From NCBI GenBank assembly GCA_000433035.1, contig FR890808.1, forward strand, positions 525-64,524: 64,000 nucleotides of DNA, given 5' to 3'. The notes beneath the pieces were generated by a model. The model was not told the origin of the DNA. It was given only the letters and a program-made list of their open reading frames with translations, and did not search any database. Source of the DNA: Staphylococcus sp. CAG:324. Its GTDB lineage: Bacteria > Bacillota_I > Bacilli_A > ML615J-28 > CAG-313. How positions within the stretch are numbered: position 1 is the first letter of the stretch; every line of letters begins with the position of its first letter. Position numbers and translations under genes: made by a program. Of this stretch, positions 46,676 through 57,351 are shown in pieces.

Positions 46676-47350
46676 TTACCATTTTTTTAAGTCAAACATT
46701 GAAATTTCATTTTCTAATGGATCTTGACTAGAAGTAAATTCCGTTCCTTCTAATTCTTGAATTAACTTATGGATGGAAGACATTTCTTCATCTAATTTAG
46801 ATGCGGCAACACTAGCACTCTTTAATCGCTCTTTCAAAGAATCTGGAATTTGTTTTTGATATTTATACTTTAATGAATGTTCAATACTAGCCCAAAAATG
46901 CATCGCATGAGTTCGAATTTGAAATTCTAAAATTATTGGAACTTGTCCATCAATTGTCTCAACATTATATCTCATTATTAAGTGTAATGATCTATATCCA
47001 CTAGCTTTAATATTTTTAATATAGTCTCTTTCTTCTACTAATTTTACATCTTTTCTGCTTTTTAAAAGATCTGCAACTTTATAAACATCTTCAATGTATT
47101 TACAAGTAATCCTAACCCCACCAATATCATATACTTCTTTAGAAATATTTTCAAATTTGACATTCATCCTTTTGGCTTTGTCTAAAATACTATCTGGTGA
47201 TTTAACTCTACCAGTCACAATTTCAATTGGACAATAACTTCTTCTCAATTGATATTGTTTTTTTATGCCTTCAATTTTTAAAATGAAACCTTCTACCGCA
47301 AGTTCATATGGTTGTAAAAAATGATTCCAATTAAATTCCCTTTTATTCAT
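46676..47350 (-). CDS. relQ: Small alarmone synthetase (GTP pyrophosphokinase, RelQ/YjbM type)
   Basis: RelA/SpoT synthetase motifs: GRVKSPDSILDK, YRSLHLIM, EFQIRTHAMHFWASIEH. Divergent from a YjbK-like CYTH gene, as in Bacillus. Confidence 0.85.
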   Translation of the reverse strand: MNKREFNWNHFLQPYELAVEGFILKIEGIKKQYQLRRSYCPIEIVTGRVKSPDSILDKAKRMNVKFENISKEVYDIGGVRITCKYIEDVYKVADLLKSRKDVKLVEERDYIKNIKASGYRSLHLIMRYNVETIDGQVPIILEFQIRTHAMHFWASIEHSLKYKYQKQIPDSLKERLKSASVAASKLDEEMSSIHKLIQELEGTEFTSSQDPLENEISMFDLKKW

Positions 47351-47501
47351 AAACACCATCCTCTTATTAAAAATATTATATCACATTTTTTGTTTTTTCT
47401 CAAAGATTTTAATTCATTTAAATTAATTAGTTTTTTAGTTGATATTTTATTTTTTTTATGTATAATAATTTAGTATAAAAATTAATAATGAGGTAATATT
47501 T

Positions 47502-48077
47502 ATGTCTAAAGAATTAGAAATTGAATTTAAAACATTATTAACCAAAGATGAATATATTAAACTTTGTGAAAAATTCAAAGATTGCAAAAGAAATCTTCAA
47601 ATCAACTATTATTTTGACACATCTCGATTCACTCTTAAAGCCTCCGATATAGGTCTTAGAGTTAGAATGCTTGATAAAGATAAATATATTGTAACTTTGA
47701 AAAGAAAAAAAGGATATGTTTTACAAGAAATTAATGAAAATATTAACAAAGAAACTTTTGATCAATTTTTATCAACAGGTATTGTACCTGTTGAAGAAAT
47801 TCAAAAAGATTTAGAGGATGTTATTAAGGGACAATTGTTAGTCAATTATATGTCACTTTCAACCTATCGAATAGGTTTCCCCTATAAAAAAGGACAACTT
47901 GCAATTGATAAGTGTAAATATGTCGATACCGTTGACTATGAACTTGAATATGAAGCAACATCATATGAAGCAGGAAAACGTGAATTTGTTGAAATTGTTC
48001 GTGAATTTGGTATTACATATAAAAAAAGTCAACCCAAGATTAAACGAGCATATGATGCTTTGCGAAAAAAAATATAA
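47502..48077 (+). CDS. CYTH domain protein (YjbK-like triphosphate tunnel metalloenzyme)
   Basis: N-terminal EIEFK (ExExK) motif. About 190 aa. RBS GAGGT. Confidence 0.85.
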   Translation: MSKELEIEFKTLLTKDEYIKLCEKFKDCKRNLQINYYFDTSRFTLKASDIGLRVRMLDKDKYIVTLKRKKGYVLQEINENINKETFDQFLSTGIVPVEEIQKDLEDVIKGQLLVNYMSLSTYRIGFPYKKGQLAIDKCKYVDTVDYELEYEATSYEAGKREFVEIVREFGITYKKSQPKIKRAYDALRKKI

Positions 48078-48231
48078 TTATTCATCATTATTCTAACATA
48101 AATAAAAACCTATAAAGTTAGTTAAGAAATTCTTAATAAACTTTATAGGCAATTCAAATACAAAATAAAATATATAATATAATTATATTAAAGTAATAAA
48201 CGAAAATAGAGAGATTTTTTCTTTCTATTTT

Positions 48232-48657
48232 TTATTTATTTTTAGAATACTTTATATTTAATGCATCATCACTATCAAAGCCACTAAAGGCTTCAATATT
48301 TCGCAATTCTTTTGGTAAAAAGATTGTTATATCCTCATTATTATAACCAACCTGAAGTTCATTTTCATTTATAATAATGGGACGTTTTAATACACTAGGA
48401 TATTCAATAATAAATTCAACTAACTCTTTAACACTCATACTATCGGGATCTAATTTTTTTTCCTTAAATATTTTAGATCTAGTTGATATAATATCTTCAA
48501 ATCCATTTTCACTATTGGCTAACATCTTAAAGATATCATCTTTGCTAAGTTTTATGCTAAAAATATTTTTTTCAGAATATGGTATCTTATATTGATCGAA
48601 CCATTTTTTTGCTTTACGGCATGATGCGCAACTTGGAGTAGTATATATTTGTATCAC
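48232..48657 (-). CDS. spx: Spx/ArsC-family redox-sensing transcriptional regulator
   Basis: IQIYTTPSCASCRKAKKWF CxxC N-terminus. Start set to the GTG at 48657, 5 nt after GAGGTGA. Confidence 0.85.
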   Translation of the reverse strand: MIQIYTTPSCASCRKAKKWFDQYKIPYSEKNIFSIKLSKDDIFKMLANSENGFEDIISTRSKIFKEKKLDPDSMSVKELVEFIIEYPSVLKRPIIINENELQVGYNNEDITIFLPKELRNIEAFSGFDSDDALNIKYSKNK

Positions 48658-48729
48658 TATTGTCACCTCTATTCTAATTATATCATATTTTTATGTCTTT
48701 TTCAATACTTTTTTAGGATTTTTTTCATT

Positions 48730-49989
48730 TTATTCCAGTTCAATTAGCGTAGGATCTGGTTCAACTTCTTCTCCTTTAAGTTCCTTTTCATATCTAGCTA
48801 ATTCATCTTTACTAGCATATACAAAATGTCCTTCTCTAATTTCAGTCATCATCGGTTTATCTTCTGTATATTTTCTTAATTTAGGATTATAAAAAATTCT
48901 TTTTCGATTTTTCTCATAATCCGGATCTGGTAAAGGAACAGCTGATAACAATGATTTAGTATATGGGTGCAATGGATGAGCAAAAAGTTCATCTGGTGTT
49001 GCAATTTCTACAATTCTACCATAATACATTACCCCAATTCTATCACAGAAAAATTTTACAACTGACAAATTATGAGCAATAAATAATATTGATAAGCCAA
49101 TTTCATTCCTAATATCATTCAAAAGATTTATTATTTGAGCTTGAATTGAAACATCTAAGGCACTAATCGGTTCATCTGCTATAATAAGTTCAGGATTGAC
49201 TACTAATGCTCTTGCAATTCCAATTCTTTGACGTTGTCCACCACTAAATTCATGAGGATAACGACTTGCATGGTCTGGTAATAGACCAACTAATTCTAAT
49301 GCTTCATTCACCTTTTTATTAATATATTCCGGATTTTTAATTCCATTTATATACATTCCCTCAGCAATTATTTCCTTAACTGTCAGTCTTGGATCCAAAG
49401 AATCAATCGGATCTTGAAATATCATTTGCATTTTATCCATCAAGTCTCTTTTCCGCTTATTGATCTCTTTTGACTCTCTAATGCGTTCATAATTGTAATT
49501 GATTTCATTTTTTAGCTGAGCGATTTTTTCACTGCTTTCTTTTTTGACTAACTCAATTTTATTATTAGTAGCAATTGTCGCATTCGTATCATTTTCTTGT
49601 AAAGATAAATCACCCTTCAATTCAGCAATTGCCTCTTCTTCGGCTTTTTTAACTTCATTAATTTTAGAACGTAATTCTTTTATTTTTATCTTAAAACTAC
49701 GATTTCCTTGAGAAATCGGCACTCCCTTAAATATAATTGTACCATCTGTAATGTTATATAGTTTTATAATTGATCTTCCTGTGGTTGTTTTACCACATCC
49801 TGATTCGCCAACTAACCCAAAAACTTCACCTTTTTTGACATCAAAGCTAACATTATGAACAGCTTTCACAACTACTTTGCCTCTACCCCAACCAGATTGG
49901 AAGTATTGACGTACATTTTTTAATTCAAGAATAGGTCCATTATATTTTGTTCGTAACACTTGATTTTCCGTTTTTAATTCTTTATTCAT
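48730..49989 (-). CDS. oppF: Oligopeptide ABC transporter ATP-binding protein OppF with an insertion of about 85 aa
   Basis: Walker A GESGCGKTT, FQDPIDSLDPR, signature FSGGQRQR, Walker B IADEPISALD. A Lys/Glu-rich segment lies between Walker A and the Q-loop. Confidence 0.9.
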   Translation of the reverse strand: MNKELKTENQVLRTKYNGPILELKNVRQYFQSGWGRGKVVVKAVHNVSFDVKKGEVFGLVGESGCGKTTTGRSIIKLYNITDGTIIFKGVPISQGNRSFKIKIKELRSKINEVKKAEEEAIAELKGDLSLQENDTNATIATNNKIELVKKESSEKIAQLKNEINYNYERIRESKEINKRKRDLMDKMQMIFQDPIDSLDPRLTVKEIIAEGMYINGIKNPEYINKKVNEALELVGLLPDHASRYPHEFSGGQRQRIGIARALVVNPELIIADEPISALDVSIQAQIINLLNDIRNEIGLSILFIAHNLSVVKFFCDRIGVMYYGRIVEIATPDELFAHPLHPYTKSLLSAVPLPDPDYEKNRKRIFYNPKLRKYTEDKPMMTEIREGHFVYASKDELARYEKELKGEEVEPDPTLIELE

Positions 49990-51241
49990 TTGAACCATCC
50001 TCCTGTATATGATGAAGTTTTCTTTGACTTTCGTAGCGATTTTTCAATGGATTTTCAATTTTAGGAGCATCTGGATGTAATAACCAGGTTGCAGCATAAT
50101 GATTATCATTAACTTTAAAAAATGGGGGTTGACGTTCAAAATCTATTTTCATTGCATAATGATTTCTTGCTGCAAAAGCATCACCTTTAGGTGGATAAAT
50201 CATATTAGGTGGAGTACCAGGAATTGCTGACAACCTTTTAGAAGTAGCCAAAGATGGCATTGATTCTAGTAAAGCCCAAGTATATGGATGTCTTGGATCA
50301 TAAAAAACATCTGAAGCATCACCATATTCTACAATTTTACCAGCATACATTACCGCAATCCGATCTGCCATATTAGCAACAACGCCTAAATCATGGGTTA
50401 TAAATATGATCGTTAACTCTTTTTCCTTTTTTAACTTTTTAATTAAATCCAAAATTTGAGCTTGAATTGTAACATCTAGTGCAGTGGTTGGTTCATCACA
50501 AATTAAAATCTCCGGTTCCATCGCAAGTGCTATTGCAATAACAATCCTTTGTCTCATCCCTCCAGAAAATTGAAATGGATATTGTTTAAATCTTTTTTCC
50601 GGTTGAGGAATTCCAACCTCACCCATTAATTCAATTGCCCGTTTTTTGGCTTCATCTTTCTTTAATCCCTTTTTTAGCATCAAAGCTTCGGTTAGTTGTT
50701 TACCAATTTTCATGATTGGATTTAAACTAGAAAGCGGATCTTGGAAAATCATTCCAATTTTTGAACCTCTTAAAGCATAAAAATCTTTTTCCTTACATTT
50801 GACTAAATCTTTACCATCATAGTAAATGTGTCCTGCATCAATAATTGAATTACCTGCAAGAATACCCATAATAGCCCGACTTGTAACAGACTTACCAGAA
50901 CCTGATTCACCAACGATACATAGTGTCTCACCCTTTTTAAGATCAAAGTTAACTCCTCTTACTGCCCTTACAATCCCATTAGGTGTTCTAAATGAAATAT
51001 GTAAATTTTCAACTCTTAAAATTGTATCTTCACTTTGTGTAGAAGGTAAATATTCAGGAATTTCTAACTCAGTATCCGGATTAGGAAATTTTTCTTGTAA
51101 AGTTTTTTTTGTAAAAATTTTTTTCAAATTTTCTTTCAATTTTTGTCCTTTACTATTGGTATTTACATCTTCGTCATTAACCAATTCAAAGTCATTTTGA
51201 ATATTTTCTTCAACAGTATACTTTTTATTGTCTTTATCCAT
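49982..51241 (-). CDS. oppD: Oligopeptide ABC transporter ATP-binding protein OppD with an N-terminal extension of about 70 aa
   Basis: GESGSGKS Walker A, FSGGMRQR and ICDEPTTALD. The start overlaps the oppC stop (TAATG). Confidence 0.9.
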   Translation of the reverse strand: MDKDNKKYTVEENIQNDFELVNDEDVNTNSKGQKLKENLKKIFTKKTLQEKFPNPDTELEIPEYLPSTQSEDTILRVENLHISFRTPNGIVRAVRGVNFDLKKGETLCIVGESGSGKSVTSRAIMGILAGNSIIDAGHIYYDGKDLVKCKEKDFYALRGSKIGMIFQDPLSSLNPIMKIGKQLTEALMLKKGLKKDEAKKRAIELMGEVGIPQPEKRFKQYPFQFSGGMRQRIVIAIALAMEPEILICDEPTTALDVTIQAQILDLIKKLKKEKELTIIFITHDLGVVANMADRIAVMYAGKIVEYGDASDVFYDPRHPYTWALLESMPSLATSKRLSAIPGTPPNMIYPPKGDAFAARNHYAMKIDFERQPPFFKVNDNHYAATWLLHPDAPKIENPLKNRYESQRKLHHIQEDGSNE

Positions 51242-52752
51242 TACTCAGACCCCCTTAATGAAGGATTTAAAGCATCTCTTAAACCATTTCCAAACATATT
51301 AAATGAAATCATCAATACTGAAATAAGTAGTGCAGGGAATAAAGTCAAATATGGATATTGAACAATTCCTAAATCCCTACCAAGATTAAGTAAATTACCT
51401 ATTGATACAGTTGAAGCATCAACGCCAAGCCCTAAATATGCAACTGATGATTCAAAGAAAATAGCACTTGGTATTACTAATACACAACTTGTAACAATAG
51501 TTCCAAGAGCGTTAGGTAAAATATGTTTAAATATTAATCTCATATCTTTTGCACCAAGCGTTCTAGATGATAAAACATATTCACGATTTTTATAACGATA
51601 CATTTGTGAACGTACCATACTAGCAGTACCTGTCCAACTTGTCAAAACTAGTGAAATAGCAACAATAAAAATATTATTTATATGACCAAACAATAACATT
51701 TTAGTAATGGTCATTATAACAATCCATGGAATACCCGTTAAAATTTCTGTAAATCTTTCCATAACTAAATCAACCATTCCACCATAGTATCCTGAAATTG
51801 ATCCCCAAACTACACCAACAGTAATGGATACAATAGCAACAAATAAACCAATTAATAATGATAATCTTGTACCTTGCCATAATCTAACCCACATATCTCT
51901 TCCAGAATTATCTGTTCCAAAATAATGATACACTTCTTTATAATTAGGATTTAAGAGTGGATCAATTAATATTTCATAATTATATAGTTCTTCTATTCGT
52001 TTTCCCATTGTTTGAAAATATATTTCTTCTAAATTAGGAGTATTTAGTGTATAGCCATATTTGATACAAAATTTTTTCAATTCATTGATACCTGCTTCTT
52101 TTTTAACAACTACCAATTCTTCTCCCTCTTCATTATGTTTAATGATTCCTTCATTTTGATATTTAACATATTCCTCATAACTTTGACTTCGAAGCCATCT
52201 TGGTCTTGTTAAAGCTTTGTATACATTATATTTAAAATCTACTCTATAAGTTACGACACCTGAAAATATTGTTTCATATTTAGTAGCTTTTAAATCTTCA
52301 ATACTGTCATATCCAACAATATATTCAAAGAAATAGTAATTTTTGATATCTTTTTTCGGATCTGTATTCTGTGGATCATCCACAAGAGTATCCACGATAG
52401 GATCATTGACACTAATGATGTATTCAACATTGATACCAGTAATTTTTTTAGTTCCATCTGCGATTCCTAATTTTTCTAATATTGGAATTCTAGGTGGTAA
52501 ATATTGTTCAGAAATATTTATTGTCGTTGCGTCATATTTACTAAATATTGGCACAAAAATAGCCATTAAAATAATTATTATTAAAAGAATAAACGCAACT
52601 AAACTACTTTTATTTTTACAAAATCGACGAAGAGCATCACCAAAATAGCCAACTGCTTTTGTTTCAAATTTTTTATCAAAAATTTTTTCATTCATTTGAA
52701 CAAATTGAAAATCTTCTTTACTTAAATTAAAATCTTGTTTATTTTCATTCAT
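51241..52752 (-). CDS. oppC: Oligopeptide ABC transporter permease OppC with a large extracytoplasmic insertion
   Basis: BPD_transp_1 C-terminal core preceded by an insert of about 200 aa after TM1. Start trimmed to the ATG at 52752, 1 nt after the oppB stop. Confidence 0.88.
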   Translation of the reverse strand: MNENKQDFNLSKEDFQFVQMNEKIFDKKFETKAVGYFGDALRRFCKNKSSLVAFILLIIIILMAIFVPIFSKYDATTINISEQYLPPRIPILEKLGIADGTKKITGINVEYIISVNDPIVDTLVDDPQNTDPKKDIKNYYFFEYIVGYDSIEDLKATKYETIFSGVVTYRVDFKYNVYKALTRPRWLRSQSYEEYVKYQNEGIIKHNEEGEELVVVKKEAGINELKKFCIKYGYTLNTPNLEEIYFQTMGKRIEELYNYEILIDPLLNPNYKEVYHYFGTDNSGRDMWVRLWQGTRLSLLIGLFVAIVSITVGVVWGSISGYYGGMVDLVMERFTEILTGIPWIVIMTITKMLLFGHINNIFIVAISLVLTSWTGTASMVRSQMYRYKNREYVLSSRTLGAKDMRLIFKHILPNALGTIVTSCVLVIPSAIFFESSVAYLGLGVDASTVSIGNLLNLGRDLGIVQYPYLTLFPALLISVLMISFNMFGNGLRDALNPSLRGSE

Positions 52753-52753
52753 A

Positions 52754-53710
52754 TTATCTTGCCCCCATTCTAATTCTTGGGTCAACAATTCCATATGCCA
52801 AATCGACAATTAAAATTGTTACTAAATCAATAATTGTATAAAAGGATAACGCTGCCATAGCCAAATCATGATCTGGTTGAGTTTCAGAAATTGCCGTAAG
52901 CAATATTCCTCCTACACCTTTTATTCCATAAATTTGTTCAATTACCAAAGAACCAAACATAATACCTACGAAACTTCCAATAATTGATGGCACTAATGGT
53001 AATAAAGAATTACGCAAGGCATGTCTAATAGTTGCTTGAAATCTATTTAAGCCTTTGGTTCTTGCTAATAATAGATATTCACTTGTTAAAACTTCTGTCA
53101 ATTCTGCTCTTGTTATTCTTGTTAAACTAGCAATTGGTCCTACTGAAAGAGCAATTACAGGTATGATATAATCCTTCCAGTTTGCCTGATCTGCTGCTCT
53201 AAACTGAATGGGTAATCCCATATTAGAAGCATTGATCATCAGCAATGTAACGAAAACAAAAGAGGGTACCGATATACAAATCATTACTAATAAACTAATG
53301 ATATAATCCGTTGGTTTATTTTTTCTAAGGGCCGCAATGATACCAAATAAGAAACCTAGAGGTGTTGCAATTAATAACGGCCATATATTAATACTTATTG
53401 TAAAAGGTATAAACCTAGTTAAGATTGTCCAAGGATTTTGTCCTACTTCATAAACAACTGATACACCCCAATTGCCTGTAAATACACCTTTAATCCAATT
53501 AAAATATTTTATTAATATCGGATCATCCCATCCTGCTTTTTTACCATATATAACTGCTTCTTCATATGATATTTTAGGATCACTCATTTGATAAAACTTA
53601 ACTCTTTCTTCAAACGAAGTAGTCAGCTGTATCAAAATATATGCAAGGGTAAGTATAATGAACATTGTGAAAAATATTAGTACTATACGTTTTAAAGTAT
53701 ATTTTAACAT
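52754..53710 (-). CDS. oppB: Oligopeptide ABC transporter permease OppB
   Basis: Typical OppB/DppB N-terminus LKYTLKRIV and EAA-like region LARTKGL. RBS AAAGGAGGAAA. The start is 53710 or 53713. Confidence 0.9.
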   Translation of the reverse strand: MLKYTLKRIVLIFFTMFIILTLAYILIQLTTSFEERVKFYQMSDPKISYEEAVIYGKKAGWDDPILIKYFNWIKGVFTGNWGVSVVYEVGQNPWTILTRFIPFTISINIWPLLIATPLGFLFGIIAALRKNKPTDYIISLLVMICISVPSFVFVTLLMINASNMGLPIQFRAADQANWKDYIIPVIALSVGPIASLTRITRAELTEVLTSEYLLLARTKGLNRFQATIRHALRNSLLPLVPSIIGSFVGIMFGSLVIEQIYGIKGVGGILLTAISETQPDHDLAMAALSFYTIIDLVTILIVDLAYGIVDPRIRMGAR

Positions 53711-53805
53711 CATTTTCCTCCTTTTCATTAAAATTGCGCCAATATTTCATGGCGCAATTAGTTTTTCTATTTAATATTAAATAGTAAATTTAGTAAAACA
53801 TTACT

Positions 53806-56775
53806 TTATTCAGCTGGTTCTTCAGCTTCCATACCATTTTTCACAAATACATCACCCATTAGAGCAGAGTATAATGCATCAAATGACCAGTATTTTTCAC
53901 CATCTAATACACCATCACCATCTAAATCCAAATTGATTAAAATATTAGCATTATGTGAATCAAATCCTAAACTTAATAATAATCCTGAACGATTATCATC
54001 ACAGAAACATTCCATAAATCCAGCAGGATCCATTTCACCACCACTAATACCCGCTATTGCTAAGTCATATTGACCTGTCATTTGTTTTACATAATATACA
54101 TCCATACCAGGTTGTGGAGAGTATACTGCTTCAAATGTTACATTTGGATATTTAGCCTTAACTTCAGCACTATTAAATAAAGTATTGTAATTTTGTACAA
54201 CATATGCAAAAATAGCCTCATGTGTAGCACCATCAAAGGAAGCAATTTCAATATCTACTTTATATGGTTTTGAAGGATCAAATACGCCTTTTTCTACCAT
54301 ACTATCTAATGCTGAAATATAGAAACTAGTTGCAAGACTAGGTGCATATCCTAATTCATCATATAATAAGTCATAATCTAAATCTGTAAGTCCTTCATAT
54401 ACTTTTTGTCCCCATTCACTTTCACGATATGTAGTACTATCTACACCATCTTCTGTTGGAGTAACCATAAAATATGCATTTGTAAAATATGATGCCCAAG
54501 CAGTTGAAGTCTTTGTGATTTCTTGTACACCAAGACGATCCATACCAAAATATAGAGCCCATGTGAAATCATCTTCTTGTAAAATTGGTTTTGCTTCCCA
54601 TGATCCAGTACCAAATTTAGCATCTAATTCAGCTTGTGTAAATCTATTTACTGAAAGTCTAAATGATGTAGCACCTGGAGAGAATTTTTGACTTGGCCAA
54701 TTCTTATATTCATCATATGCACTTGAAGGAACTGAAGTTACATCAAGTTGTCCATTTTTGAATAATTCTAACGCAGCATTTGAGTCTTTAACAATTGTGT
54801 AACTATAATTTTCATAACCACTACGACGTACTTCTACATTTTCAGCTGCATCATTCCATACAAAGTAATTTTCATTCTTTGTGAAACGATATTCTTTACC
54901 TTTTTCCCAATAACTAATCTTATATGCACCAGATGCCATGTAAGTATCTTTAGAAGTACCATATCTAGGAGTACCATCTGCATTTAAACTTGCTTCCCAA
55001 GTTGCTTTATGAACTGGTGAATGTAAGAATCCTGCAAGACCATATTCAACATCCCATAATTTTAAACCAAGTGCAAATGTAATTGTGAAAGAATAATCAT
55101 CAACTTGTTTAATTCCTACAGTGTCCCACTCTGCATTACCATCAAAATAAGCTTTTGCACCTTGGATTGGAGTACTTCCACCATAGAAATAGTTTGCTCT
55201 TTTCATATTTAATTCAGGATCTAATACTAATTTATATGTATAAATAAAGTCATTAGCATCCATCTTATCACCATTTTCCCATTTTAAATCATGACGTAAA
55301 TCAAATTTCCATGTTGTATATTCATTTAAACCACTAAAATCTGCAATTGCATCACCATTTTCATCAACAGGATATGGCAATACTGAAAGCATTTCAGGTT
55401 TTACTTCCCATCCAATACCTTTACCATTATCATCTAATTTCCATTCAAATGACATCAATTGTCCTGCTGTTAAACTTAAGAAATCACTTTCAACACTATC
55501 AGCATAATTTAAATGATTAAGTGTTGCAGGATCAGCAGAAGTCCACATTCTATATGCTGGATCGCTTGCAGTACCTGCACCTGTACCAGTTGAAGGGGCA
55601 ACAGCTGTAGGACCATAACCCATTAGTGGAACATATTCATCAGCAATAAAGTTAACACGTTCTGTATAAATAACTAAACCTGAATTATTGAAAATTGGAA
55701 TAGATGCACCAGCATTAATTAATGCTCTTTCCATATATGCTAAAATCTTAGTTTGTGTTTCAAGTGGAGCATATTTAAAGTTATAAGTTGCACCTTCTTC
55801 ACCACCTGCTAATGTACTTGAATCTCTGTGCTCAAGAACAGTTACAGATACTAATTTTGTACGAGTATCATCACTATCATTTGCTTTTACAGTAACTGTT
55901 ATTGTTGCAGTACCTTTAGCAACAGCAGTAATTAATCCAGTAGCACTTACAGTTGCAACACTATCATCACTAGATGCATATGCTGTAGCAGTGAAACCAT
56001 CACTAACTTTAAGTTGAGCAGTAGCTGTAGTTTCAAGTTCAACAATAGAATTGAAATCATCACCAACACCAACATTCACACCTTCAACAACATCTATTTC
56101 AAATAATATACCATAAAGTTGACCCTGTGCAACTGCAGCTGCTGAATAACTTCCATCTACATTTCCATCTTCATCTGTTACATCTTCAGCAAAAACAGCA
56201 CTAACAGCATATAAACCTTTTAATGTTGGACGAACACTATTTCCATTAATAGTTAGACCAGAGTTATAATCAAAAGTATCCTCCCAAATATAGTCTAATA
56301 CTACGTCATCTTTATTTAGTTCAAATTCTTCAGATGTAAAAGTAGGCTCATCGGCACCTTCTGGTGTATATGTATAAACTAATGCAACATTAAGATTATA
56401 AGTTGTACCAGTTTCAGCTGTATAAACACCTGTTGCATCTGCCTCACCAAATAATTCATCTAAATTTGTAAATACTAACTCTTTTTTACAAACTTTTTCA
56501 AGAGTATCCATATATTTATCCTTTAGAGCATCCAACTCATTTTTCGCCGCTGCTTCATTATCTTCAGCTGCTTTTAGAGCTGTTTGGGCATCTGCCAATT
56601 GCTTTGCAATAGAATCTTTATTAGCATTTGCTTCTTCTAATTGTTTTTCTAATTCAGCAATTTTATCATTTGCTGCTGCAAGTTCATCTTTTACTTTATT
56701 ATTACAACCTGCTAAAGCAACAGAACAAAATACTACTAAAAGACAAATTAATAAATTTCTTTTAATATTCTTCAT
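53806..56775 (-). CDS. oppA: Oligopeptide-binding lipoprotein OppA with an extended N-terminal coiled coil and Big_2-like domain
   Basis: Lipobox LAGC. Ala/Glu-rich coiled coil. Big_2-like segment (SVATVSATGLITAVAKGTATITVTV). A family-5 SBP fills the C-terminal ~650 aa. RBS GAAGGAGAA. Confidence 0.85.
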   Translation of the reverse strand: MKNIKRNLLICLLVVFCSVALAGCNNKVKDELAAANDKIAELEKQLEEANANKDSIAKQLADAQTALKAAEDNEAAAKNELDALKDKYMDTLEKVCKKELVFTNLDELFGEADATGVYTAETGTTYNLNVALVYTYTPEGADEPTFTSEEFELNKDDVVLDYIWEDTFDYNSGLTINGNSVRPTLKGLYAVSAVFAEDVTDEDGNVDGSYSAAAVAQGQLYGILFEIDVVEGVNVGVGDDFNSIVELETTATAQLKVSDGFTATAYASSDDSVATVSATGLITAVAKGTATITVTVKANDSDDTRTKLVSVTVLEHRDSSTLAGGEEGATYNFKYAPLETQTKILAYMERALINAGASIPIFNNSGLVIYTERVNFIADEYVPLMGYGPTAVAPSTGTGAGTASDPAYRMWTSADPATLNHLNYADSVESDFLSLTAGQLMSFEWKLDDNGKGIGWEVKPEMLSVLPYPVDENGDAIADFSGLNEYTTWKFDLRHDLKWENGDKMDANDFIYTYKLVLDPELNMKRANYFYGGSTPIQGAKAYFDGNAEWDTVGIKQVDDYSFTITFALGLKLWDVEYGLAGFLHSPVHKATWEASLNADGTPRYGTSKDTYMASGAYKISYWEKGKEYRFTKNENYFVWNDAAENVEVRRSGYENYSYTIVKDSNAALELFKNGQLDVTSVPSSAYDEYKNWPSQKFSPGATSFRLSVNRFTQAELDAKFGTGSWEAKPILQEDDFTWALYFGMDRLGVQEITKTSTAWASYFTNAYFMVTPTEDGVDSTTYRESEWGQKVYEGLTDLDYDLLYDELGYAPSLATSFYISALDSMVEKGVFDPSKPYKVDIEIASFDGATHEAIFAYVVQNYNTLFNSAEVKAKYPNVTFEAVYSPQPGMDVYYVKQMTGQYDLAIAGISGGEMDPAGFMECFCDDNRSGLLLSLGFDSHNANILINLDLDGDGVLDGEKYWSFDALYSALMGDVFVKNGMEAEEPAE

Positions 56776-56828
56776 TAATATTTCTCCTTCATTAATAATT
56801 TTTCTAGGTTTCATACCAAGATGTTAAT

Positions 56829-56857
56829 ATTATATTATAATTATCAAAAAAAGTAAA
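56829..56857 (-). promoter_or_regulatory. Candidate promoter of the opp operon
   Basis: Minus strand TTTACT (56852-56857), 17 nt spacer, TATAAT (56829-56834). Confidence 0.45.
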
Positions 56858-56942
56858 TACCTTTTTAATAGAAAACGTTTACATCTTAATTTTTTTAATT
56901 TTTTATCCTACATTTTTTTACTATTTTTACAATTTTTAGTTA

Positions 56943-56976
56943 TAAAAAAAGAATTTATATACTAGTATATAAACTC
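56943..56976 (-). terminator. Intrinsic terminator after the DUF3899 gene
   Basis: TTTATATAC-ta-GTATATAAA hairpin followed by a T-run on the minus strand. Confidence 0.6.
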
Positions 56977-57351
56977 CTACATTGTAACTATAATCATAAT
57001 GATACCTACAACAAAATAAATACAACCAATACCAAAGGTTGGCCATAATAATGGTTTCTCACTTTCTTTTTTCATCTCTATGTAATCATAATATTTAAAA
57101 TTATATTTAGGTGTTCTTCTAAAAAAATCTGTAAACTTTTTAAACCAAAACCCTAATACATTAAAAGCCCCAGCACTGATAACAAATTTCATCCCTGCAT
57201 ACAATAACATTACAATACCTGTTATGGAAAAAGCGTCAATTACAAAATGATCTATTTTAAATCTCGCAAAAAAGATACTCAAAAAAATGATAATAGAAAC
57301 AATGAAATTGATAATCAAACTAATTATTGTTTTTTTATTTATTTTTTTCAT
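56977..57351 (-). CDS. DUF3899-like membrane protein
   Basis: Three to four TM segments plus the AGAFNVLGFWFKKF...YYDYIEMKKE pattern that I associate with DUF3899. Overlaps the upstream gene by 17 nt. Confidence 0.65.
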   Translation of the reverse strand: MKKINKKTIISLIINFIVSIIIFLSIFFARFKIDHFVIDAFSITGIVMLLYAGMKFVISAGAFNVLGFWFKKFTDFFRRTPKYNFKYYDYIEMKKESEKPLLWPTFGIGCIYFVVGIIMIIVTM

